A stretch of DNA of 63,618 nt, filler included, from Octopus bimaculoides (lineage: Eukaryota): NCBI RefSeq assembly GCF_001194135.2. It is 11 parts of 10 records of this genome, joined end to end, with 100 filler letters (N's around TTAATTAATTAA, not from the genome) between each part and the next. Parts side by side here need not be neighbours in the genome. Positions count along the whole stretch, not along the records: positions 19,946 to 34,447 come from NC_069000.1; positions 34,548 to 40,399 come from NC_068984.1; 9 more parts are not named here. One strand, written 5' to 3'. Made by a program: the position numbers and the translations under genes. Shown piece after piece: positions 27,627 through 38,245 of this stretch (position 1 is its first letter; each line of letters opens with the position of its first letter). Below the pieces are notes generated by a model that saw only the letters and a program-made list of their open reading frames with translations, ran no database searches and had not been told where the DNA came from.

Positions 27627-27733
27627 AGGCGCAAGGAGTGGCTGTGTGGTAAGTAGCTTGCTTACCAACCACATGGTTCCGGGTTCAGTCCTACTGCGTG
27701 GCACCATGGGCAAGTGTCTTCTGCTATAGCCTT
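27627..27733 (+). mobile_element. SINE family B head, cut by gap
   Basis: GGCGCAAGGAGTGGCTGTGTGGTAAGTAGCTTGCTTACCAACCACATGGTTCCGGGTTCAGTCC. Confidence 0.88.
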
Positions 27734-28226
27734 NNNNNNNNNNNNNNNNNNNNNNNNNNNNNNNNNNNNNNNNNNNNNNNNNNNNNNNNNNNNNNNNNNN
27801 NNNNNNNNNNNNNNNNNNNNNNNNNNNNNNNNNNNNNNNNNNNNNNNNNNNNNNNNNNNNNNNNNNNNNNNNNNNNNNNNNNNNNNNNNNNNNNNNNNNN
27901 NNNNNNNNNNNNNNNNNNNNNNNNNNNNNNNNNNNNNNNNNNNNNNNNNNNNNNNNNNNNNNNNNNNNNNNNNNNNNNNNNNNNNNNNNNNNNNNNNNNN
28001 NNNNNNNNNNNNNNNNNNNNNNNNNNNNNNNNNNNNNNNNNNNNNNNNNNNNNNNNNNNNNNNNNNNNNNNNNNNNNNNNNNNNNNNNNNNNNNNNNNNN
28101 NNNNNNNNNNNNNNNNNNNNNNNNNNGTGTGTAGTTGGAATTTACAGAAAAACCAAAGACGAAGACAGGTGTATAAACAACAAACAGGTGCATTGCATTA
28201 GTTTAACGCTCGGGAAGGTGAGAAAG

Positions 28227-28263
28227 TCTCTTACGTTTCGAGCCTACACTCTTCAACAGAAAG
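28227..28263 (-). ncRNA. Degenerate minimal type I hammerhead-ribozyme-like motif (Penelope-like element relic)
   Basis: Minus strand CTTT-CTGTTGA-A-GAGT(GTAG)GCTC-GAAAC-GTA-AGAG. Stems I and II pair; the core deviates from CUGANGA. Confidence 0.4.
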
Positions 28264-29184
28264 AAACACGATGAAATAAACAGAAAGAAAATTTTTAAAA
28301 AAAGCTTTAGCGGCTAGCGACGCCAACTTTGACTTCCGTATTTTCGGGGTCGGTAAAATAAGCACCAGTTGAGCATTGGGGCCCATGTAATTGACTAACT
28401 CCATCCGCAACACAACAAAATTACACGCCTTAAGCCTACAGGAGAAAGAATTATAGTCCTGGTTATTGAGGGTTATGTGGGGCTAATGTAAAAAAACAAA
28501 AGAAGGAAAAAGCACAAGAGAGATGTAGGCTGGCAGACGATATATGATACAACTTATGTTACTATAGCACAGCAGACGATAAATATATAATGGTGTTATA
28601 CTTTCATTAAATAAAAGGCGTTATATATAATGGTGTTATTCCATTAAAGAGCAGACAATATATATTGTATGCGGTGATGGTGTTTTATGAATTGGAAGCA
28701 GGGAAAATTAATACACAAATGCCATAAAACATATTTCGTGACGGTAATATTTACAAGTGAGTAAATAGGAGTGACTAAGTATTTTTAATGATATATATAC
28801 GTGCGTGCGTACGTGTCTATGCAAGTGTATAAATGTATACATAAGAATATATGTGTGTGTATGTATGTATATATATATATATATATATATAATACATACA
28901 TATATATGCATACATACATACATACTTACGTACCTACATACATGCAATATACATGCATGTGTGCATGTATATACAAAATATACGCAAACATATATATGCA
29001 TGATTTGTGTATGTATAGATGTATGTATACCACTAAATTTTTAATTTAAATGAATATAAAAACAGGTAATTAAATAACTAATTAAAACTAATGTAAAACA
29101 GAGTGATTATCCATTATTCGGTTATATATTTTCGTTAAATACTTGTCTGTTTGTGTGTTCGTTTGTTTCATTAAACAGTCTAAG

Positions 29185-29259
29185 ATAACGAACAAAATGA
29201 ATGGCGTGAGTTCAAAGGTCAGCCTGTGATTGAATGCCGGTTCAATCCGCATAATCAAT
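29185..29259 (+). CDS. Candidate 75-nt symmetric (phase 1-1) exon, NEQNEWREFKGQPVIECRFNPHNQ
   Basis: Long GT/T-rich tract then AG at 29183-29184, open frame, consensus donor T|GTAAGT at 29260. Read-through gives a CCCH-like motif. Confidence 0.3.
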
Positions 29260-30624
29260 GTAAGTTCGGAAATAAATGTAGAGGTCACAGTTCATTCTGT
29301 GATTTAAAGCATTTGGTAAAGCAAGAGAGAAAAATAATAATATCTCAAATTATTATTTCGTTTCTAAATATTATTTTACAGCGTTTAAAATACAAAAGAG
29401 ACGAAAGAGAACCCCCCAAAAAAAATAACCAACAAATGCAAAACGCTTATCGAATCGTCTGACTTAATAAATTGAATCGAATTAATAAGTTCATATATAA
29501 ATCGCTTTCTCTCACATTCTCTGCTTCTCTATCTCCCTCTTCCTCTCTCTCTCTCTCTTCTCTAATATATATATATATATTTATATATATATATATATAA
29601 TTAATGTTTGATTCTATGCAAAGTTTTGTTTTGTTTCTAAAAGCAATTGAACATTAAATTTGAAAAATCACTTAATACTTTTTCGTAGTACAATAGTTNN
29701 NNNNNNNNNNNNNNNNNNNNNNNNNNNNNNNNNNNNNNNNNNNNNNNNNNNNNNNNNNNNNNNNNNNNNNNNNNNNNNNNNNNNNNNNNNNNNNNNNNNN
29801 NNNNNNNNNNNNNNNNNNNNNNNNNNNNNNNNNNNNNNNNNNNNNNNNNNNNNNNNNNNNNNNNNNNNNNNNNNNNNNNNNNNNNNNNNNNNNNNNNNNN
29901 NNNNNNNNNNNNNNNNNNNNNNNNNNNNNNNNNNNNNNNNNNNNNNNNNNNNNNNNNNNNNNNNNNNNNNNNNNNNNNNNNNNNNNNNNNNNNNNNNNNN
30001 NNNNNNNNNNNNNNNNNNNNNNNNNNNNNNNNNNNNNNNNNNNNNNNNNNNNNNNNNNNNNNNNNNNNNNNNNNNNNNNNNNNNNNNNNNNNNNNNNNNN
30101 NNNNNNNNNNNNNNNNNNNNNNNNGAGGATCTTTCTCAACTCCGCCGATGTGTCCTGGTTATTTCATGATTCCAATGGAGAAATTTCTATGAATCTCTCG
30201 TGAATTATTGAACGGTTTAACACTTCTTTTCGTTATTCTAATAGAAATATAGATCTATATTTAATAGTTTTCATTTATATATAAATCATTATAGTGGACG
30301 CATACAAAGGTATGTGTGTATGTGTGTGTGTGTTAATGTATAGATACTTGCGCATGCAAGCACTCACACGCGCATTTTGTATTTGTACATAATTAAACAT
30401 ATACGTACAATACATACATACATACATAAAATTTGAAATCCATTGATCCAGGGATATCTATTTCCTCAATCTACGGCTTTCTGCCAAGTTGGTAAGTTAA
30501 TTTCTTTGCTCGTAGCCCGATTTCTGTTCTACTTGATATTTTCCCAGTGATTGGTGGTTTTCTTAAAGGATTTTTCCACTCTGATTTTCTCAACAATGCT
30601 GGTCCTATTATACTCTTTCTCTTT

Positions 30625-30932
30625 GACTCTTTTACTTGTTTCAGTCTTTTGACTGTGGCCATGCTGGAGCACCGCCTTTAGTCGAGCAAATCGACCCCAG
30701 GACTTATTCTTTCGAAGCCTAGTACTTATTCTATCGGTCGCTTTTTGCCGAACCGCTAAGTTACTAGGACGTAAACACACCAGCATCGGTTGTCAAGCGA
30801 TGTTGGGGGAACAAACACAGACACACACACATATATATATATATACATATATACGACGGGCTTCTTTCAGTTTCCGTCTACCAAATCCACTCACAAGGGT
30901 TTGGTCGGCCCGAGGCTATAGTAGAAAACACT
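30625..30932 (-). mobile_element. SINE family B, well preserved
   Basis: Very similar to 5326-5726; head lost at the 10-N gap. Confidence 0.9.
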
Positions 30933-30942
30933 NNNNNNNNNN

Positions 30943-31017
<75 letters not shown>

Positions 31018-31549
31018 ATAGAGATTTTGATACATAATTGGCGGAACTTTATGCATGTTCTCTGTTGCGAGGACGTTTTGTATCTGGTTCCGCTGATTAT
31101 GTGTCCTGTAACGACTTCCCTGAAGAGCTACGGATAATCACGTTAGACAGACGATACAAAGAAAACAAGGACGGGTCATTCGGAGTTTTTTTTCTTCAGT
31201 CGAGCTCCAGAATGAGCGTTGGTCCTACCAAGCACATTTTTCCCCTTGGGTTTGCCACTTGAACCCACATCGCGGCCAGAAACGATGCAAATAAGGGAAA
31301 TTAAGTGCAGCATTGTCTAATTCATTGAATCACCAAAGCAAAACAAGGAGAGAGGGCCATACAAATAAAATTAAATAAATTAATAATCGCACCAATGATT
31401 TAGCTCCAGCATGGTCACAACCTCTCACTGAAAAAAGTGAAATAATACAACATATGCATGCACACGCGCACAAACACACATACTTACACACACACATCTT
31501 ATATATATATATATACATACACACATACACAGACACACACACACACGCA

Positions 31550-31821
31550 TAGGCGCCGGCGTAGCTGTGTGGTAAGAAGCTTGCTTCCCAACCACATGGT
31601 TCCAGGTTCAGTTCCACTGCGTGGCACCTTGGGCAAATGGCTTTTACTATAGCCTTAGGCTTGTAAGTGGATTTGACAGATGGAAACTGAAAGAAGCCCA
31701 TCGTATATATATATATATATATATATAGTAACATAAATAATATATAAATATATGCATATATCCATACATATATGTACATACCTACATCTATATGTATACA
31801 TACATCTATATGTATACATAC

Positions 31822-31858
<37 letters not shown>

Positions 31859-32030
31859 TAAACCTATATGTGTGTGTGTATCTTTGTTCCTGTATTCTAC
31901 CCCACCACCGCTTGACAACCGGTGCTGGTGTATTTCTGTCCCCCGTATCTTGCCCCAGGCTTAAAAAATAAGCGCTGGGGCCGATTAATTCGACTGAAGA
32001 ATTCAAGGTGGTGCTCCAGCACGGCCAAGA
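31550..32030 (+). mobile_element. SINE family B with long internal (TA)n-type array
   Basis: Head GGCGCCGGCGTAGCTGTGTGGTAAGAAGC at 31553; 3' part CTTGACAACCGGTGCTGGTG...GGTGCTCCAGCACGGCC. Confidence 0.82.
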
Positions 32031-32404
32031 ACAAAAGAATATATAAACGTGTATCTATGTGTGTGCGCGTCTGTGTCGTTCCGTCTTCGTTTCACAACCG
32101 AAGTTTTCTCACCAAGATTTCTTCCCTTCACCGATGCGAGGAAGTTTAAAATAGTTTCAAGGGAGGTTACTCCAAATCATTTATTGAGAGTAATTTCCCT
32201 TAGTTGTATTTCTTTTTTTATTTTTCTTTCGATTTTTTTGTTTATTGCTACGAATACACTTCTAAAATTCCACCCAGGGACGCGATCACCTTTCCTTTTC
32301 CACAACCAATATACAAATTAACACCAGTTATTCACTTGAGTTTTGTATCAATAGAATAAAATTTATCAGTCCAGTTGTTTAATTATTTCTGTCCCTGTAA
32401 AATT

Positions 32405-32638
32405 ACGGCCTGCTGTACTCTTCCGTCACAACTTTCTCTCACTCTTACTTCCTGTTTCTGTTGTGCCTGTAATTCAAAGGGTCAGCCTTGTCACACTCTG
32501 TGTCACGCTGAATATCCCCGAGAACTACGTTAAGGGTACACATGTCTGTGGAGTGCTCAGCCACTTGCACGTTAATTTTAGGAGCAGGCTGTTCCGTTGA
32601 TCGAATCAACTGGAACCCTCGACGTCGTGCCAACAACA
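32405..32638 (+). mobile_element. SINE family C, 5'-truncated
   Basis: Near-identical to 43830-44070; ends in GTGCCAACAACA. Confidence 0.88.
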
Positions 32639-32891
32639 CAGATATGTGTTAGCCTCTGTGTGTGTGTCTGTGCGCTGAGATCGAGTTATGTGATAGGAAT
32701 TCGATAAAGGTCGATGAAATGGATACTAAACAGTGAGTACAATACAATGGACAAAAACTCTTAAAGAATCGATGCCTTAACATGACCAAAATCCAATGAC
32801 TAAAAGTACAAAAAAACTGAGGGAAGAAATAAAACGTTGTAAAGGTTTTAAAGAAAAAAAAATTGAAATGAAAACAAAAATAAATGGAAGC

Positions 32892-32963
32892 CTCCCCGGC
32901 GGGGAATCGAACCCCGGTCTCCCGCGTGACAGGCGGGGATACTTACCACTATACTACCGAGGA
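32892..32963 (-). tRNA. trnD-GTC: tRNA-Asp (anticodon GTC), intronless, intact cloverleaf
   Basis: TCCTCGGTAGTATAGTGGTAAGTATCCCCGCCTGTCACGCGGGAGACCGGGGTTCGATTCCCCGCCGGGGAG: 72 nt, paired acceptor, anticodon and T stems, A and B boxes, oligo-T (TTTATTTTT) Pol III terminator just 3'. Confidence 0.97.
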
Positions 32964-34075
32964 CCTCACGTCTGCAAAGCTAATTTTTAACATTATATTA
33001 TTATATTATATGCCCGGCCTCGTTGTTTCCAATTTTAGTTTAATTAATTTATTATTAAAAGACATTACTTCATACGAAATATATATTATTTCTAAATGTA
33101 TTTGCTATTATAATAATATTCATATTTATTTGTATCCTGTTTCTTCCGTTACAGAAATTTAAATATTATTACTGTTTTAGTGTTTGTATTTATTAGTCAT
33201 TTCGTAACAAATAATGTATAGAAATGTTAATTATTAATAAATATTGTAATTATAATGATAATAATAATGTTTTGTTTTCTTATTCGCTTTGATACGGAGA
33301 CTATATATTGATTAATATATGAACTTTGTATGTAATACTAACAACGTTTATGATAATAGTAAACGGTCTTGGAGAATAGCGTACCGTTTATACTTTTGTA
33401 AACTTCCATAGCTTCGATTTGATTTTCTGAATAAATTCGTAGCAGTTATAATAATTATGGTTTAGCAATAAGAATTTTCTTGAATATCATACATTATTAT
33501 AGAAGAAGACGATGTTTGAACAAATATCGTGCGTACGATAATAAGGGAAACTTTTTTCGCAAAATGCTCGACTACCAACAATTATACCCTTTGTTAAACA
33601 AATGTAAGCAATAAAGTAAATTCAAGAAAGAAACAAATCTGTAATTGCAGAAGATATCTGACATCACAAATATATTCAAAAAGTGAAAACTAATAAATAC
33701 ACTGATTAGAAGATCCTCACAGTAATTGAAGAATGTTTCGCTGTTTTATTGTGGTACGCTAAACAACATGACTGCCTTAACGTTGTTCGCGCGCGTATGT
33801 ATGAGTGTATACACACATATACATATGTATATGTATATATGTATATACACACACACACACACAAACAGAAACAAAGGGAGAGAATAACTGTTTTAATGTT
33901 CTAACCTTTTTAATTTTGTATTAATTAGACAATAATTAGAATTTGTGGATTAACAATACATTTTGGGGGTGTATATAAAGATATTTGGTTTGGTATTTGC
34001 AATTATATTTTCCACTTTTATAAAACATTTTAAATTTCCAAGACCATTTTATAAATATCTTTTGTTAGTCTCTAT

Positions 34076-34106
<31 letters not shown>

Positions 34107-34547
34107 GCAATCAATTTTTCTCTCTATCTATCTATCAAGCTAGCTATTGATCTATTCACCTATCATTCTATCAACCTCTTCATCTGTCTAAATAAATAAA
34201 TAAATACCTATCTATCTATTTCTCTAACTATCTGTCTATCGATCAATCTATCTATCTATCTGTCTATCGATCAATCTAACACACTACCTGTCCATCTTTC
34301 TATATATATATATATCTCAGTTTATCTATCCAACTGTCTATCTACAGACTACCTGTCAGTATATTTATCTCTCTCTATCTATCTATCTGTCTGTCTGTCT
34401 TAGCACGTTAGTAAAGAGGGCTTTGACAGGAGCCATCATCAATAACANNNNNNNNNNNNNNNNNNNNNNNNNNNNNNNNNNNNNNNNNNNNTTAATTAAT
34501 TAANNNNNNNNNNNNNNNNNNNNNNNNNNNNNNNNNNNNNNNNNNNN

Positions 34548-34810
34548 AGGTGCCTTAGGTATAATAAAAAAATATTCAGACAAATACATTAAAAAAATAG
34601 CAGGACTTACAAATATATATAACATACAGAAAATTGCGCTACTGGGTACTGCACACATTCTACGCAAAACACTTTCAATACAGTAAACATAAGAGCACCA
34701 CAGCAAACCACAGCACATACCCAAGGCGCACGGAGCTGCGCTCGGTAGTGAAGTGAAAGCACGTTATAAAAATAAAACTACTGAATAATAATAATAATAA
34801 TAATAATAAT
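34548..34810 (+). mobile_element. R4/Dong-type (RLE) non-LTR retrotransposon 3' end with (TAA)n tail
   Basis: GALGIIKKYSDKYIKKIAGLTNIYNIQKIALLGTAHILRKTLSIQ* is uninterrupted, followed by a 3' UTR and (AAT)n. Confidence 0.85.
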
Positions 34811-34851
34811 CCTTGGATGGAATTTATAAACTTTTACTGCATCACTACGCC

Positions 34852-34943
34852 CGTTTCCACAATTCACATGACTCTTAAGATCATATGGCTCTTAAAATCA
34901 CATGACTCCTAAAATCTTAAAAGTCATGTGATTTGTGGAAACG
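34852..34943. repeat. 30-bp inverted repeat (hairpin/MITE-like)
   Basis: 34852-34881 and 34914-34943 are reverse complements with 2 mismatches. Confidence 0.85.
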
Positions 34944-35201
34944 CGATGCATTAAATATTTATAAATTTCATCTAAGGAGTATTGTTATTATTAATATTGT
35001 ATTTATTCTACATTATATCGGTACAACTTGATGAAACCATGAAAAATGGTTCATTAGTCAACATTATCAGACGGTGGCTGGCATTATGGAATAGGAACTT
35101 TATTTGCATATTTAAAACGTTTCCCATGAGCAAATTTAATATATATATATATATATATACATTTATATATATCTTTATTTCTCTCTCTCATATATATATA
35201 G

Positions 35202-35255
<54 letters not shown>

Positions 35256-35667
35256 TGTAAATTAGACCAAATAGTAGACTATTGCCATTATACTACTCAG
35301 AGTTTCGAATGTCGGAAGGAAGAGCTACAATACATTCTCGTCGGCTATTAATGGTAACAGACGCTTCAAAAAAAAACAACAAAAAACAAAACAAACAAAC
35401 CATTAAATATAAGGAAAGTAACTTCAATAGATGGAAAAAGAAAGATAGAAAATATGATAAAAATATATAAAAAATAAATAAAAATATACACACAACCATA
35501 TTTTCACAAAATATAACATACATAGACATAAACCACCTGCGTTCACGACGTCTACATACATACACATGCACACAAACATGTATATGTACATACACGCACA
35601 CATACACACAAACACATATGTATGTACGGAGTCATACAGATATACACACCCATACACACATGCACGC

Positions 35668-35703
<36 letters not shown>

Positions 35704-36879
35704 NNNNNNNNNNNNNNNNNNNNNNNNNNNNNNNNNNNNNNNNCAGCAACAGTTGCTTCACCACATACCGGAAGCAACAGTTACTGACCCCTTAATTATG
35801 TTTATAAATGTATAAGAACTTTTAAATAAGTTCTTCACCGATAATGGTGCTATTATACCGAAGGGCTTGGTAAAAATTATTAATTATTAATTTATTAATA
35901 AATTAATAAATTGATAATCCTTTACCTTTTTAATTATATATATATGTATGTATGTATGTATATATACGCAACCTCATCCTCATAATCCTCATATACACAC
36001 ATGCGCTTACATGCATACACGTAACATAATACATATATATTTAGACATATATTTATACGTATAAATATACGTATATATATATATATATATATATATATAC
36101 AAATATACATTCGCACTCCCGCATACACACACACATAGATATATATATAATGTGTGAAAAGTGAAAAAATGAAATAAATTGAAATAAACTATTTCTAAGG
36201 TTTTACAATCCTTTGCATTTCATTAAAACTTTAATCTTAACTTAGATCGCAAGCACGTACCGACCTGGGGCTTATCCGCAAAGACGTACTTAACCGATGC
36301 TTATTCCTCGTTGACGTTCTTAGCGACCTATTTATGGCGGATGGGACATCGTGATTTATATTTCCTGCACTTCATTGAATTAAAGTGCCTTTCCACGCTG
36401 CTCAAGGAAAGGTGTACAATGGATATTAATCTACAAGTTAAATATTTCTAGTTTAATATCGTATACACTCGATTATTTAGTTTGTAATTCAACCTGTAAT
36501 GCATGAAATAGGATTTTAGAATGAAATGTGAAATGCGGAATGATAATCATTTGTTGATATTTTGTATTGAATTGAGTCACATAAATAAGAACGCTATGTG
36601 CAACTTCCATTTGTTTGAAGAAAACGTAGGTGGCACCTTCTGTAGGAAGTGGTACTTATTTTGTTAAACTCTGCTGGAAAATAAGCGTGGTTTTCTTACT
36701 CCAACAATAAGCGGTTTCCTGTGACATTACATGTTCTAGCTTAATTGTTCTCACAATTTTTTAGCTATGGATCCCTTTGCGTACTGTTTTATTCTGGTTG
36801 ACCCCCACTAGCTATTCGATGCTTAAAAATTGTTTTATCGATGATTCCTTCAAAATTTCTATTCACATAGTTTGTAGAA

Positions 36880-37080
36880 ATAGCGGAGGATGTTTGGTTC
36901 AAGATTGTGGTTTCGAATCCTGGACCGGGCGACGCGTTGTATTCTTCAACAAAACACTTCATTTCACGTTGCTCCATTCCACTCTGATGGGGAAAGTGAG
37001 TAATCCTGCGTGGGGAATAAATACGCCATGGAAACCGGGAAACCGGCCCTTATGAGTCGGTAGGACTCGAGAAGAAGGAA
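36880..37080 (+). mobile_element. SINE family D
   Basis: GGTTTCGAATCCTGGACCGGGCG...AAAACACTTCATTTCACGTTGCTCC...GAAACCGGGAAACCGGCCCTTATGAGTC. Related copies at 21235-21335, 49105-49345 and 53262-53520. Confidence 0.75.
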
Positions 37081-37825
37081 AGGAAGGAAGGAACTATGTA
37101 AAGCATTAGAGAAAGAAACCTAGCTGTTTCTTGAAATAGACACATCGAAAGCAAAATTTTTTTCATGGATCCATGAAGTATTACTGTGGACCCAATTTAC
37201 TATTTTGCCCGTGTGGACCGCCACAAAATCTTATCTGGACCCCGCCAAGACTCATATGAACCCTATCTGAAAACCATTGTTCTAGCTATACAGTCAGACG
37301 GCCATATGACACTGCTTCATTAGACCAATGGCCTCATACCTTCCTAGCTCAGTATCTCTTTTCACCGAATGGTGCGTCACAAAACCCTTCTCCCCACGTT
37401 TGCAAATTATTTTACTCAAACAACCTAATTTTGCAAAGTGGTTTATTATCCATAGTTTTATATCCAGAATGTATCTCCCGTTTAGATATAGCATGGATTA
37501 GTGCCGCTATGATAAATAATTATGGAAATTGGACCTTATCGTATTTTCATTCATGTTTTCTGCTTTCTGACAACACAATCTCCAATTCCTATTTTAATCC
37601 TAACAGTTCTATTTTAAAGTGTGTTTAAAATATAAGTATCATATCCGGTTTAAGCGTTTTCCTCCTCGGAAAATTTACCTCTCAGCACCTTCATTGTTTT
37701 CTGCTTTCTGGGGAAATGTTTTCATCTCTTTGTGCAGAAATAGTGAAAGATGTATTCCACTGAATTTAGGTAAATAATCCTTCGTACAGACGGTTAGTAG
37801 CGACGCCTGCTGGGTTCGGCTGCTC

Positions 37826-37863
37826 TACAATGATAAGGGGCAATACCCCGAAACTAGTCTGTA
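37826..37863 (+). ncRNA. Degenerate minimal type I hammerhead ribozyme (Penelope-like element relic)
   Basis: TACA-ATGATAA-GGGG(CAATA)CCCC-GAAA-CTAG-TC-TGTA. Stem I TACA/TGTA, stem II GGGG/CCCC, palindromic helix III ACTAGT, GUC cleavage triplet; two core substitutions versus CUGANGA. Confidence 0.55.
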
Positions 37864-38195
37864 AATGCCAGACCAGCAAGGGGAAGCGGCTGTTTGAAGG
37901 TTATAATTGACATAGGTTTGTGTGTCACATAGCTAGCTAGAGGCGATGGCCTCTTGGAGCTAATCAACGGCAGTGTTCGTCCTATTTTTTTGGACTGCCA
38001 TGTTGGCTTGGCGATAACTATCAATATCCAGTACCGCTGCCGTAGTCTCCTTTAGAGAGACTTAGAAATATTAATATTTCCATAGTGAAAGATTAGTTTC
38101 TGCAAAAGCCCTGGAGAAATGTAGTAGGAGAGATGTAGTAGAATTGAGAAATTAAGAGAGAGTGAAGTTGTAGGCGTAATTAAAAAAGAAACAGA

Positions 38196-38245
<50 letters not shown>

